DNA from: Escherichia phage vB_EcoS_HdK1
DNA length: 64,000 bases
Sequence record: MK373794.1
Reading direction: 5' to 3' (one strand)
Shown: positions 49,201-59,446 of the stretch, piece after piece
Layout of the letters: each line of letters opens with the position of its first letter
How positions within the stretch are numbered: the stretch's first letter is position 1
Notes under the pieces: generated by a model
The model's input: the letters and a program-made list of their open reading frames with translations, nothing else
What the model was told of the DNA's origin: nothing
Database searches by the model: none
Made by a program: the position numbers and the translations under genes

Positions 49201-50145
49201 TTATTCACTAATATCTGTTGGATCACGGAAACTTTGATGCGTAGGAATACGCAATTTGTCTTTCATACCGTGAGCAAAGAATTTCCATTTAGAAATCTTC
49301 CCAATGAATTCATCAGGATGCTCAAAATAATATTTACGTTCTTCGTGCGTAAGACGACCAGCACCTACACGCATCTCTTGCCCGACTTCAATAAGATCTT
49401 CAAGGCCTTCTGGTACTGTAAGCACACGTACATCAAATGAGCCGACCATACCATTTGGAACCATATTAGCTTGATGGCTTGAACGATAAGTCTGCCCTAA
49501 CTCATTAATCTGGGCTTCATTCCCATTGGTGCAACCTTCGATAATACGAATGATCTCACCTTCACCATCAGTGAAACGCTTAATGCGGAGATAACCGCCT
49601 TCACGCTGCGTACTACGACCCCATTTATATTTCGCTTCAAGGTCACGAATAATAACACCTTCGTATCCCATATCGAGCCAAATATTTTCCCACTCCAAGA
49701 GTTCTTGTTCGTTGTTGACCACATACAGTGGCACAAGTTTCACGTCCATTAACTCACCGTTAGCGTGGCATTCGTCCACGTACTTCTTGAGCATGTCATA
49801 ACGCTCTTTGTACGGTAGATGTGCAACATTCGGTTCGCATAAATCGAACACATGCCACGTCCAAACGTATTCAGCTTCGATTTTAGATGTTGCACTACTT
49901 GTCTTGCGACATAAATCAAAGTCTGTTTCGTCCCCAACGGCAAGCTCACCGTCCATACCATCATAGATGGGAGATCCAAATACCTTTGCGACCTGCTTAT
50001 TTGCAAAAGATTTAAGACTTCGTCCAACAAGCTCCCCAAACGGTTTCATCCCACGAACGCCGTCAATTTTAGGCATGATACCTACAGGGTATTTCTGTTT
50101 AGCTGAATCCCAATCTGTTGCTAGATAAGGTTTAAATCGAGCCAT
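49201..50145 (-). CDS. ATP-dependent DNA ligase
   Basis: Motif I KIDGVRG (K-x-D-G-x-R), motif IV-like EGVIIRD, motif V-like YLRIKR. Confidence 0.8.
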   Translation of the reverse strand: MARFKPYLATDWDSAKQKYPVGIMPKIDGVRGMKPFGELVGRSLKSFANKQVAKVFGSPIYDGMDGELAVGDETDFDLCRKTSSATSKIEAEYVWTWHVFDLCEPNVAHLPYKERYDMLKKYVDECHANGELMDVKLVPLYVVNNEQELLEWENIWLDMGYEGVIIRDLEAKYKWGRSTQREGGYLRIKRFTDGEGEIIRIIEGCTNGNEAQINELGQTYRSSHQANMVPNGMVGSFDVRVLTVPEGLEDLIEVGQEMRVGAGRLTHEERKYYFEHPDEFIGKISKWKFFAHGMKDKLRIPTHQSFRDPTDISE

Positions 50146-50722
50146 TGAAATTTACCTTTGTGTGTTCCCGAACAAGAAGTTTTAACTTCCTAACCCAAGA
50201 TTGCTGTTTCTCAATGTTAACTTTCTTCGGTTTAGGAATAACGGATTTTGCTGTATCTACTTTTAATTTATCGTAGTCCATGCGTCGTCTACCTGTTCGC
50301 ATGTGCATACCCGCAATTTCATCGCACTTGTCTTGTGCAAGACTACGGGGATCCATCCTACCCGAATGACCTTTAACATGACGGAATTGGAAACTAAGCC
50401 TATTCTCGACAATAGTATCCATGAACCATTTATATACTTGCTGTTCTTCTCCTCTCGGTGGACGTTTACCTTCGAACATATGGATTGCTGCTTTGCAATC
50501 CGTCTGGAATAATATAACGTCGTTTGTGTAGATAAGTCCAGCTTCTATGCCGTGATATAAACCGTTAGCTACTGCAATACATTCAACTACGGTATTATCT
50601 GTGTGACCATGTGCAGGGCCACCAAAAGCCTTCTTACCCCGTTTGGAGGCTACCCAAATCCCATAGCCTCCACATTTAGTACGGTGACAAAACGACGCAT
50701 CCGATATTATCGTGATGAGCAT
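50132..50722 (-). CDS. Ribonuclease H
   Basis: Pattern ..TDNTVVECIAVANGL.. and HVKGHSG resembling RNase HI conserved segments. Confidence 0.7.
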   Translation of the reverse strand: MLITIISDASFCHRTKCGGYGIWVASKRGKKAFGGPAHGHTDNTVVECIAVANGLYHGIEAGLIYTNDVILFQTDCKAAIHMFEGKRPPRGEEQQVYKWFMDTIVENRLSFQFRHVKGHSGRMDPRSLAQDKCDEIAGMHMRTGRRRMDYDKLKVDTAKSVIPKPKKVNIEKQQSWVRKLKLLVREHTKVNFNGSI

Positions 50723-51148
50723 TTAACCCTTCTTAACAGCGATCTTAACCTGTGGAGAACCTGGAGTTGTGGTCACACATTCATCAAAGATTGCCAACTG
50801 TTCCGGTGTTAACTGACGGTATTTAGCAACTCGAAGTTCTACTTTAGTTTCAGTAACTTCGTTGACGTCAACTCCAGCTTTTACAAGATCTGGAAGGATT
50901 TGACTAAAGATAGCCTTATCAACTTTACGAGTATAAGGTTGAGTAACAACAAGATCGTCACCTGTATCAAGTTTGATCTTGTTAGTATTTTCATTGAGAC
51001 CATCTGGAAAGAAGACGCTAACCACACTCTGGCGCAGTGCGCGTTCTTGCGCTTGCACTTTGGTTAATTCTTCTTTCTTAGAATACCAGTTGTAAAGGAG
51101 TTCGTACTTCTGCTCTTCAGTTAAGTTCATTTCTGGTAACTGGACCAT
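50723..51148 (-). CDS. Hypothetical protein, 141 aa
   Basis: ORF track. Confidence 0.4.
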   Translation of the reverse strand: MVQLPEMNLTEEQKYELLYNWYSKKEELTKVQAQERALRQSVVSVFFPDGLNENTNKIKLDTGDDLVVTQPYTRKVDKAIFSQILPDLVKAGVDVNEVTETKVELRVAKYRQLTPEQLAIFDECVTTTPGSPQVKIAVKKG

Positions 51149-51223
51149 GTTATTGCCCTCGTTGTTTGCTAATAGGGGTATAATACTTAGAATTAAATTC
51201 CTTGTAAATACCCCTAAATATGA

Positions 51224-51742
51224 TTACAACTTACCAGTAGAACCAAAACCCCCGCGGCCTGTTTCTTCTACAATACCAGAAACAATGCGCGTACGAACCA
51301 ACTCCACAAGACGTGCCTGTGCAATACGTTCGCCAACCTGGACTGTGTAAGGTTCACAAGAGTCGTTATGTAGACGTATTTTCAACTCATCACGGTAATC
51401 ATGATCGATGATACCAGTACAGTTACCTAAACGAATCCCGTGTTTAAACCCGTGACCGCTACGTGAATAAACTTCCAGGCCATAACCATGAGGGATCTGT
51501 AGCTTAATACCCGTGCTGAACGTATACGCACGACCTGCATAGATAGTTACGGGCTCTGGTTCATCCGCATAGATATCAAAGCACATAGAACCTGGAGTGG
51601 CAAATCGTGGCATTTGAGCAGTGTCCGTAAGGAGCTCCACGATTAGCTGTTGCACAGCGCCATCTTGAACCGCAATAGTACCTTTGACAGTTACATCTTT
51701 GATAATATTAGACATATCGCCTTTGTTAGTCATGTTTTTCAC
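51224..51742 (-). CDS. dut: dUTP diphosphatase (dUTPase)
   Basis: Motifs RSGHGFKHG, GIIDHDYRDE, GERIAQ and C-terminal RGGFGSTG. Confidence 0.85.
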   Translation of the reverse strand: MKNMTNKGDMSNIIKDVTVKGTIAVQDGAVQQLIVELLTDTAQMPRFATPGSMCFDIYADEPEPVTIYAGRAYTFSTGIKLQIPHGYGLEVYSRSGHGFKHGIRLGNCTGIIDHDYRDELKIRLHNDSCEPYTVQVGERIAQARLVELVRTRIVSGIVEETGRGGFGSTGKL

Positions 51743-51881
51743 TCTCTTTATCGGACAGACGTTGTTCCCACTGTTGCTTTAACTGATAATAACGATAAGC
51801 GTCCTCACCAGTTTCAGCTTCCCGTTGCATACGTTCACACCATTGAACGGGACTTTCCTCACTACTCACTTCTTACACCTC

Positions 51882-52343
51882 CTAAGCGTGGCCGTTTCTC
51901 TTAATGTATTCGTAAGCATGTGATTTAAAGATCATTCGAAAATCTTCCAGGGATATTTCACATCTTGGGGGATCTTCTTTGTGATGTTTCGCTTCATCAG
52001 CGAAAAGCATGATAGGGTTCATATACAGGACTACGCGCCAGGACTTTTTATTTTGACGGTACATAAGAACTGGAAACTTGTCTGCTTCCAATGCACTCTT
52101 AACACACTGCGCCCACCATGTGTTAATTGATAGCTGCTCCTGTCGTTTAACTTCTACCGCATAGAAACAGGTATTTGTGATATCACAACCACCTACAGCA
52201 CTCTGATTCTGGTTACGTTGTGCTATGGGCTTTTCTGGATAAGTCATTCCAAGAGCGGCGTAAACTTCTTCGTAGATATCATTAAAGAATTTACAAATTT
52301 CACGCTCACCTGTTTGACCTTTAGTACGAGGATTAGCTCCCAT
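51882..52343 (-). CDS. Putative PD-(D/E)XK-type nuclease (possible Holliday-junction resolvase)
   Basis: Pattern KGQTGERE ... DITNTCFYAVEVKR; start placed at the ATG preceded by GGAG. Confidence 0.4.
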   Translation of the reverse strand: MGANPRTKGQTGEREICKFFNDIYEEVYAALGMTYPEKPIAQRNQNQSAVGGCDITNTCFYAVEVKRQEQLSINTWWAQCVKSALEADKFPVLMYRQNKKSWRVVLYMNPIMLFADEAKHHKEDPPRCEISLEDFRMIFKSHAYEYIKRNGHA

Positions 52344-52528
52344 GTTATAAATCTCCATCCAAAAAATAGGGGTACACAAGTACCCCCGAAAGCGAAGCAT
52401 ATAATAGATAATAACATGTCAGCGAGAGGCAGCCTTCGAAAAGGGGTAATCTACCAACCACTCTCGCAAATAATGTTAACCTGTTTACGTGTTTGATTAC
52501 AATACACGAATTCGTCAGAATTCACAGG

Positions 52529-52804
52529 TCATACCGTACATTTTTGCCAATGGCCCATAGAAAATGACAGCGAAGTGCAGACAACTTCCAACCCGTCATC
52601 ATCACGTACCACGGGCAAAGCTAGGCCGCTGCGGGCGTTATGTACAGTGCGGTGTACTCTATACACAGAGTTATGCGTAAAGCGCCGCGTGTTCGCGTTT
52701 GTGCAGCGTAATAACGATCCGATATGCACAAGTGGAGCAGGCATAGTAAAACCAATCATTAGATCCTTCTCTTTCTTATTAGGCTGGCGTACAGTTACAT
52801 TCAT
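52529..52804 (-). CDS. Hypothetical protein, 91 aa
   Basis: ORF track. Confidence 0.35.
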   Translation of the reverse strand: MNVTVRQPNKKEKDLMIGFTMPAPLVHIGSLLRCTNANTRRFTHNSVYRVHRTVHNARSGLALPVVRDDDGLEVVCTSLSFSMGHWQKCTV

Positions 52805-52979
52805 TGTGTCGTCCCCTCATTTAAAGATTCCAGGCGCCCACCTAACAAAATGAGCGATTTAATTTGATGCGGTTTCTTACCAAGATGTTCAGCAATGTGG
52901 TTATAAGTAAAACCTTTCTCCCGCATACGATAAGCAGTAATGGCGGCATTGCGATTGCGGATATCGGTTTTCTTACTCA
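52800..52979 (-). CDS. Small HTH DNA-binding protein (Ner/Nlp-like), 59 aa; below the ORF-track size cutoff
   Basis: Manual translation MSKKTDIRNRNAAITAYRMREKGFTYNHIAEHLGKKPHQIKSLILLGGRLESLNEGTTQ; HTH-like core. Confidence 0.3.
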
Positions 52980-53285
52980 TGGTAAACTAGCTCCCCTTAA
53001 TTTAGCTTCAATACGATTAATTAGCATCGACATACTACGATCTGCAACCATATGATGCGGTTCGTAGTAACCATATGCCCAATAGTTTACCTCTTGCCCA
53101 CAATGATTACAATTAATCTTTGACTCGCATACAGGCGAATAGTAGCCATCCACTTGATCTACGACAATCTCTGTAAACTCAGTGTGACCACACTTTGGGC
53201 ATCGTATGCACTTCATTTTCTTGTCGTAGTTTGAGCGAAAAGTATAAGGCTTCCACCCTAACACCTTGTATATTTTGCTAGGCAT
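52977..53285 (-). CDS. Zinc-ribbon protein, 102 aa
   Basis: Two C-x2-C pairs (CIRCPKCGH ... CNHCGQ). Confidence 0.4.
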   Translation of the reverse strand: MPSKIYKVLGWKPYTFRSNYDKKMKCIRCPKCGHTEFTEIVVDQVDGYYSPVCESKINCNHCGQEVNYWAYGYYEPHHMVADRSMSMLINRIEAKLRGASLP

Positions 53286-53509
53286 TAGTGTAGATTCTCT
53301 TTAGGTTGTTCTTCGCTCGTCATAAGGTGAGCTAATACGCTACATGTGTTTGATTTCTGCCAGGCTTTCTCAATTTCATCTAGCGAGGATTCTGGTTTAC
53401 ATAAGCGATAGGCTTCCATGAAGGAATTCTGGGCTGCTTCAATGATTGCCAAAGACACCAACACTCTTTCGTCTATCATTGTCATCATTTCTTCACATTT
53501 ATCACACAT
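53285..53509 (-). CDS. Hypothetical protein, 74 aa
   Basis: ORF track. Confidence 0.35.
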   Translation of the reverse strand: MCDKCEEMMTMIDERVLVSLAIIEAAQNSFMEAYRLCKPESSLDEIEKAWQKSNTCSVLAHLMTSEEQPKENLH

Positions 53510-53526
53510 ATTATTTCTCCAGTGTC

Positions 53527-53748
53527 CTAATCATCAATTAATGTGATATCATCCACAAAAAATAAGCTATCGTTCTGGATACATTTACGTCGATTGATAA
53601 TATCGTCGACATTGTAGTCCATCAAGGAAGGGTACTCGACCTCATCCTTCATACAAGGCCCATACACACTCAGACCCAACTCAGCCAAATGTTGCATGAA
53701 TCCTTCAAGAGATTTTTTAGTATAAATTGTCGTTTTTAATTTACCCAT
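53527..53748 (-). CDS. Hypothetical protein, about 73 aa
   Basis: Internal ATG (MGKLKTT..) preceded by AAGGAG. Confidence 0.4.
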   Translation of the reverse strand: MGKLKTTIYTKKSLEGFMQHLAELGLSVYGPCMKDEVEYPSLMDYNVDDIINRRKCIQNDSLFFVDDITLIDD

Positions 53749-53783
53749 CGCCCACTCCTTAAATCTTAATGGTAAACTGGAAG

Positions 53784-53981
53784 TTAAAAGAACGTACCAG
53801 TTAACACATACAGCACAGCGTCGCGCAGTGTTGGTAACAAAGGTGAACAATTAGGAACGCTGTAGAATTTACGTGATCCCACTTTAACACTCACTATTGT
53901 AATAGAACGTTTATTGCGCTCTACTGCGTAGAGACCACCACCGAGACGACGGACTTTATATAGAGGTTGATGCTTTTGCAT
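53784..53981 (-). CDS. Hypothetical small protein, 65 aa
   Basis: ORF track. Confidence 0.3.
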   Translation of the reverse strand: MQKHQPLYKVRRLGGGLYAVERNKRSITIVSVKVGSRKFYSVPNCSPLLPTLRDAVLYVLTGTFF

Positions 53982-53998
53982 GTTTTAACTCCTTTCTT

Positions 53999-54277
53999 TT
54001 ATTTGCTGACACGTATGGCTCTACCTGTTAAGAAGGTGTATCCACAGTGCCGCATTAAGTCACGTTCTTCTATTACACTTCGTAACTGGCGTGACAGCGT
54101 TTCATAGTAAGGACGGACTTCGTTCTTACTTATAGCTAAAGCATAGGCGAACAGTTGTTCCGAGTCAATACGATTAGACTTGATTCTTTTGATCGCCTGC
54201 TCAATTCCTGGGAACTCCTCATCCTGGTATAGAGCACCGTACACAATTTTAATAGCTGCTAGATTGTAACTGGACAT
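53999..54277 (-). CDS. Hypothetical protein, 92 aa
   Basis: ORF track. Confidence 0.4.
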   Translation of the reverse strand: MSSYNLAAIKIVYGALYQDEEFPGIEQAIKRIKSNRIDSEQLFAYALAISKNEVRPYYETLSRQLRSVIEERDLMRHCGYTFLTGRAIRVSK

Positions 54278-54312
54278 TTGACCCTCGGACGTAAAATAAT
54301 TCTTGATACCTA

Positions 54313-54340
54313 TTGCATTCCTAAGGAAATGCTCTATAGT
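54313..54340 (+). promoter_or_regulatory. Sigma70-like promoter (TTGCAT, 16 bp, TATAGT) for the plus-strand moron
   Basis: Near-consensus hexamers about 35 bp upstream of the 54376 start codon. Confidence 0.45.
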
Positions 54341-54375
54341 ATGTATTATACAGTTTGTAAGCGGAGGAACACAAA

Positions 54376-54606
54376 ATGACTCACCAAGATCTTATAAAAA
54401 GAAACATCAGAACTGCAATGAACAAGTCAGAGGAATTCTCACATAACTGTACTGATGGTACTCATAAAATTAGATACGAATATATGGGATCCTCAACTGT
54501 GGTTAAGTTTGAGAAAGATGAGTATCACGTTGGAGATTTTTCAACACCAGATTACGACGAGATGTTTGAATACGTTGTATGTGGGTTCTTAAAATTGCAC
54601 GAATAA
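54376..54606 (+). CDS. Hypothetical small protein, 76 aa; lone plus-strand gene inside the leftward replication block (moron-like)
   Basis: GGAGG ribosome-binding site, own promoter and own terminator; opposite orientation to all neighbours. Confidence 0.45.
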   Translation: MTHQDLIKRNIRTAMNKSEEFSHNCTDGTHKIRYEYMGSSTVVKFEKDEYHVGDFSTPDYDEMFEYVVCGFLKLHE

Positions 54607-54610
54607 TATA

Positions 54611-54636
54611 ATGGGCGCATATAGCGCCCATTTTTT
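54611..54636. terminator. Terminator after the plus-strand moron (also downstream of the primase-like gene end)
   Basis: ATGGGCGC..GCGCCCAT stem followed by TTTTTT. Confidence 0.6.
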
Positions 54637-57201
54637 ATAACTTAATAACTTCGTTCATTCTCTCAATATCTACCAAATAACACTTCATTCTCGGTGGTGT
54701 AAACTCTGCGCCGAAGAAATTTGAAAAGTCCATTGGCCTCATCTCGGTAAGAACTTCCATAGACATCAAACCATAGATTGTATTGTCTATGACCTGTAGG
54801 ATGTTGTCATTTCTTGTCTGTTTAAAAGCCTTGAACTGGCGACATACTGTGCATAGATCACTCCTTGTGACAATAAATGCGTCCTTAAACATGGGAAACC
54901 GTTTATATACACCAGCTTTAACTTCACCATCCAAGAACTTCTTAATGGAGTTCAGCATTATCTTCTCACGACTTGTACTGTCCGTAGAACCAATCTGCCC
55001 ACTGTTACGCTTCTCTAAGAAACGCTCGTTACCCTGATCGATAAATGACTCAGCCCAACGATAATGTTCCATAGTGACAACAGGACGCTCACTGTTATCT
55101 GCAACAGCAAGAAGAGAAGCTATACGCAATACCTTCAACGCCTTCCTTGTGTACATCTGACGAATTACTTCGTCTTGCACCTGCTCACCATCATTGCCGC
55201 TGTTCAGGAACTTCGCAACAATATTATCAAGATTATCAAACGCTTCGTGTACCTCTGCTTCCATTTCAACATAACACGGAGCAGTCCCTGACATAATACG
55301 CACAGCTTGTTTATAGATAGCTCCAATAGTGCGCAGTATTGCTTCTGGATATTCCAGGAGCATACTCTTATTCATCAATGGGCGGTTAGCTGTACATTCC
55401 CATGCGATAATACGGGACATGAAACCACTCGACATCATGCGGTCATCTACGTTCCCGTAAAATTCATCTGGTGTTGTTTCACCTGCAAAACTATACGCCT
55501 TAACCTTACCGCCAGCAGTCGTATTATCTTTACTAGAGTGCTTTGAACCACCAGAGAAAGCATAGAAATGCCCCTTGTCATAAAGGGAAAGCATTTCATC
55601 CATAATGTCTTTAGCTTTACCGACTTCCATCTTACCGTTACGGAAAAAATGCACCGACTTCAGTCTTATAGTTAATGGATGAGCCACAAGACATAACGGA
55701 CGTATCCATTATGACATCCTTGCGCAATGCAGCATCAGACGCATAGGTACTTGTATCCAAGACACGTTCGATACCAAATATCTGCTGACCGTCTTGACCG
55801 CCATAATTGGATACTTGAGAAAAAAAAGAATAGTTTCAATGTTGGAGCGAAACGCTTCTTTACCAATACCAGAACGTGCAATTAGTACAAAGTAGTTATT
55901 CAAACCACTTCGTGTGACTGTGTTCCACGCCTTACCGCACATACCACTAAATAAAGCAAGCGCAGACAGAATACTAATGTCTTTAATAGGCAACAAGCTC
56001 GCTTTATACATATTACGCGCAACCTCGCCCATAAAGCCCGGAGGCCAAGCCAAACCGTCTGCCTGCTCTTCAGTGTAATTACCATCTGTAGTCAACACTT
56101 CTTCAGGTGGGCGTTCTGGTGTAGTTGCTTGACGTAGTTTTTCCGTGCGCTCTATAGCTGCATTAACGTTATTCTGAACTATCTGCATAAGTCCCATAGA
56201 TTTAACATGGGCATCGTAGCGATAGTTGCGAATCATTCTATCCAGGTGGTACGGACGTTTAATTTTTTCACCAGGCATACGACGGGGAATCATCGTAACG
56301 GCTACTCATTGGTGAATACATGAATAGACGTCTTACCTGGAAATTGTACTTACTCTTAAAGCAAAGAAAGTCAATTAATGCAAATTCTGCTTCAGACTGA
56401 GAAGGGAAACAACGTTCACCGATTAGAAGTATCAACTTCTTCAGCTCTCCAACGACCCTCCCATAGCTGCTTAAACAATGTTCCGTTTTCTTGTTCGCAC
56501 AACTGAATATAGACATCCTGGTCTTCCATTGCATATGGGTCGTTACTAAAATCTTCTTCAGTAAGTTCCAGCATTTGGAAGCCATCAGACTCATTAATCT
56601 CACTCATCTCAGACATAAGTTGGATGAATGAGATTAGCGATATACCCTTCGCTTTCACTGCCTGGAGCACCAGACACAGTGCGCGGGAGTAAAGTAACAT
56701 CCCAGTGATCCCCTGTACAGATAATAAAACGATACTGGGAATACACTTCCACACCGTCACGGCGCTTACCAGCCTGAGGGGATGGAATAAATCCATGTGT
56801 GCAACCCATCACCGCTTCTGGAAATTTCCGTATAGCTATGGAAACGATTCAACAATCTTCTTATATCGCTCACCAGCAACTTTCTTTTCCATTTCAGACA
56901 TGGTATCTTTAATGTCCATGTCGATACAACAGAACGGGTCACTTGGAAGTAGATAGAAACCTAAACGCAAGTTATGACCAATCTCGTTATAATAACGAAC
57001 GCAGCGTTCAGCATCTTCAAAAGACATAAGTAAATGCAGGTTAGACGGTTTCTTATCATTACCGTCTTTACGAAGTGGGACCATATCCCCTAAATCATCG
57101 TCCCATACATAAGGTTGTTTTTCTGATGATGTACCCGGATGGAAACCGCAGACAGCCCACTGTTCGTATTGTTTAATTTCTTGAGGAAAAAGTTCCAGCA
57201 T
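54635..57201 (-). CDS. Putative bifunctional DNA primase-polymerase (AEP-type N-terminal domain plus C-terminal domain), fragmented into at least five ORFs by apparent frameshifts
   Basis: Track ORFs 54635..55687, 55709..56293, 56416..56796 and 56836..57201 plus alternate-frame readings form one continuous coding region; AEP-like motifs CIDMD and RSGDGLH; frame changes at plus-strand A6 (55645..55650) and A8 (55821..55828) runs. Confidence 0.45.
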
Positions 57202-57210
57202 GTTATTACC

Positions 57211-57447
57211 TTAAAACGTAGCGGGATTAATTTCAAATAACGAACGTGATGGTACAACATCAAAGTTGACATCTACCAGCTTAAAAGAATTCGTGTAAAC
57301 ACACCATGTACCGACTTTTTCATTAAAGACGGGCTTGTCATTATTAAATGCGTACACGCAACCATCAGAATCTGTTGCAATATATCTTGTGTCTTTTGGT
57401 ACTTCTACATCTGAACCATAATAGTGAACGATAATTAAATCTGACAT
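57211..57447 (-). CDS. Hypothetical protein, 78 aa
   Basis: ORF track. Confidence 0.4.
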   Translation of the reverse strand: MSDLIIVHYYGSDVEVPKDTRYIATDSDGCVYAFNNDKPVFNEKVGTWCVYTNSFKLVDVNFDVVPSRSLFEINPATF

Positions 57448-57520
57448 GTTATTCTCCTACGATCCATTAGGACACACATAGTATATACTGATGGATCGCA
57501 GGGGGCTAACCCCCTGCAAA

Positions 57521-57919
57521 TTATGGTACTAAGACCCAACGACAGGTGATAGGTTTACACGTTACTTGTTCTTTAGAGATAGTAATTCTGTCCCTGAACA
57601 TTATTCTCGGATAAAAGTATTGCATGTAATTATCCGAATCCGTTTTACATTGTGCATTCAATATGCGGGAGCTAACAATAAACTTTAAATCCGCCCAATC
57701 CTCCATAGAATCAGAAAAAGATAGGATACGCCCATTTCCACGAACTTTAGCCGTTGACTCAGCTGGTAGTCTGTGGTTAATATCACACGGTAAATCTAAA
57801 GCAGGTAGCTTCCCTTTGATTAATTTATCGGTATTAAAAGAGCCAATTTCTAAAGTATGAATATTCTGACCTTTAATTGGTTCTTCAAACTTAACATCAA
57901 CAACAAGTTTGACTAGCAT
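57521..57919 (-). CDS. Hypothetical protein, 132 aa
   Basis: ORF track. Confidence 0.4.
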   Translation of the reverse strand: MLVKLVVDVKFEEPIKGQNIHTLEIGSFNTDKLIKGKLPALDLPCDINHRLPAESTAKVRGNGRILSFSDSMEDWADLKFIVSSRILNAQCKTDSDNYMQYFYPRIMFRDRITISKEQVTCKPITCRWVLVP

Positions 57920-57933
57920 AGCTTACCCTATAA

Positions 57934-58203
57934 TCACCATAAAATTTCTACACTTTCAGTATCCAGCTGACTTAATGGTTGCTTATATGAGATTGTATAT
58001 CCAAATGATACCAGTTGTTCAGTTACCTTTCTCATTACAGGACGTGCATTAGGACTACCGATTTCACTATATGGCTTTTTAAATAATTTAATATGATCCC
58101 TGCCATCTAGAGATGCTTTAGTAATCCATTTATCCAAATCATCAAGATATGCACTGGTATCCAGACTTTCACTATTTGTACGGGCTTCTTGTGCTGTAAT
58201 CAC
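57934..58203 (-). CDS. Hypothetical protein, 89 aa
   Basis: ORF track. Confidence 0.4.
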   Translation of the reverse strand: MITAQEARTNSESLDTSAYLDDLDKWITKASLDGRDHIKLFKKPYSEIGSPNARPVMRKVTEQLVSFGYTISYKQPLSQLDTESVEILW

Positions 58204-58205
58204 GA

Positions 58206-58514
58206 TTATTGCTCCATAGCTTGTTTCATCAATGCGTCATAGATACGTTTCGTGCTAGACGCGTTCCACAGTTGTTCGTCTGTCTGAACTTCCTGGTTCC
58301 ATTGCTTGTCCAATAAACCTTCTTCATACGCATCTTTAATACGCTTGCACAAAGTAAGGATGTCTGTTTGAAGAATATCAATTTCTTCTTGAGTTAACGG
58401 AGCATTCTTAAATGGCTCTTTAACTACTGCAATAATTGCTTCATAAATGCTGTATGCAATGCCGCCGCAACAATGTGCCTCCCGCGCAATAGCTTCACCA
58501 ATGTCGTCTGTCAT
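58206..58514 (-). CDS. Hypothetical protein, 102 aa
   Basis: ORF track. Confidence 0.4.
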   Translation of the reverse strand: MTDDIGEAIAREAHCCGGIAYSIYEAIIAVVKEPFKNAPLTQEEIDILQTDILTLCKRIKDAYEEGLLDKQWNQEVQTDEQLWNASSTKRIYDALMKQAMEQ

Positions 58515-58546
58515 TTCACGCGGGATAATAACAGGATCTGCAAGGA

Positions 58547-58756
58547 TTAGATAGAGCGAAGAGCCTGCAACTCTTTCTCCAATTGGTCGATTCGCATATC
58601 ACGATGTCCCAACTCCGCAGCAATAGCACTTTTACTATGCAGTTGTTCGGACGTCATTGCCATAACGTGACGAGAATAAAAACCACCAGCTTTATCTAAT
58701 TCAAAAGCGTCACGCTCTTGATATAAACGCACACATTCTTTACTCATCTTTGCCAC
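58547..58756 (-). CDS. Hypothetical small protein, 69 aa
   Basis: ORF track. Confidence 0.35.
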   Translation of the reverse strand: MAKMSKECVRLYQERDAFELDKAGGFYSRHVMAMTSEQLHSKSAIAAELGHRDMRIDQLEKELQALRSI

Positions 58757-59099
58757 CTTCTTTATTCAGTTGACTACATGCTGGAGTCCATTGTCCGTTC
58801 AATGTCCGCTTAAGATCATCTTTGCGCATACGTTCGAACCATTCAGTGTGGTCATGAGGATTGTCGCTTACTTTATAGTCAATATTAACACACGTTTCTT
58901 TGAAATCCATACCTTCCAGGTCCACGTTATAACAGATATCTATTTCAATACCTGGCTCAGTTAATACCCAAAAACCATCGCCATCGATACATTCGCACCA
59001 CTGAGGCTCATTCTCGAACGCAGTTAAAGTACCGTCCTCGTCGACCGCAAGGTATTTCGCCCACACTGGAACAAACAACACTTCACCGAAGTATCGCAC
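58740..59099 (-). CDS. Hypothetical protein, 119 aa
   Basis: ORF track. Confidence 0.4.
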   Translation of the reverse strand: MRYFGEVLFVPVWAKYLAVDEDGTLTAFENEPQWCECIDGDGFWVLTEPGIEIDICYNVDLEGMDFKETCVNIDYKVSDNPHDHTEWFERMRKDDLKRTLNGQWTPACSQLNKEGGKDE

Positions 59100-59116
59100 A
59101 GCCTTCTGGAGTAAGA

Positions 59117-59446
59117 TTAATTTGCATGTTCACCTCGAAGCAGACGCTCGAGCTTCGATTTATTTTTGATAAGCTGATATTGCCGATCCACCACAAGCGC
59201 CTTCTGACGGTTACGCATAAGGTATTCGAACGCACTTTGAAAATCTTCGACTTTACCTTCATAACCTAAAGCCTTGGCGACGTGCGACACGCGATGGAAC
59301 AGAAAGTCCGCAAAGTCCATAATTTCCATCGCATTGACAATAGCGTCAAGTAAATCAGGATTTATATTCGGGTCCACCTTTTTAGCTTGTTCAAGAAGTC
59401 GCACCTTTGCTTTATATAAAGGTGAATTGCTTACTGTTTGCATCAC
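59117..59446 (-). CDS. Hypothetical protein, 109 aa
   Basis: ORF track. Confidence 0.4.
   Translation of the reverse strand: MMQTVSNSPLYKAKVRLLEQAKKVDPNINPDLLDAIVNAMEIMDFADFLFHRVSHVAKALGYEGKVEDFQSAFEYLMRNRQKALVVDRQYQLIKNKSKLERLLRGEHAN

Noticed and set aside
51743-51880. Short minus-strand ORF (about 46 aa) between the dUTPase and the nuclease gene
   Set aside because: Below the size where coding can be judged by eye; no ribosome-binding site or motif identified.
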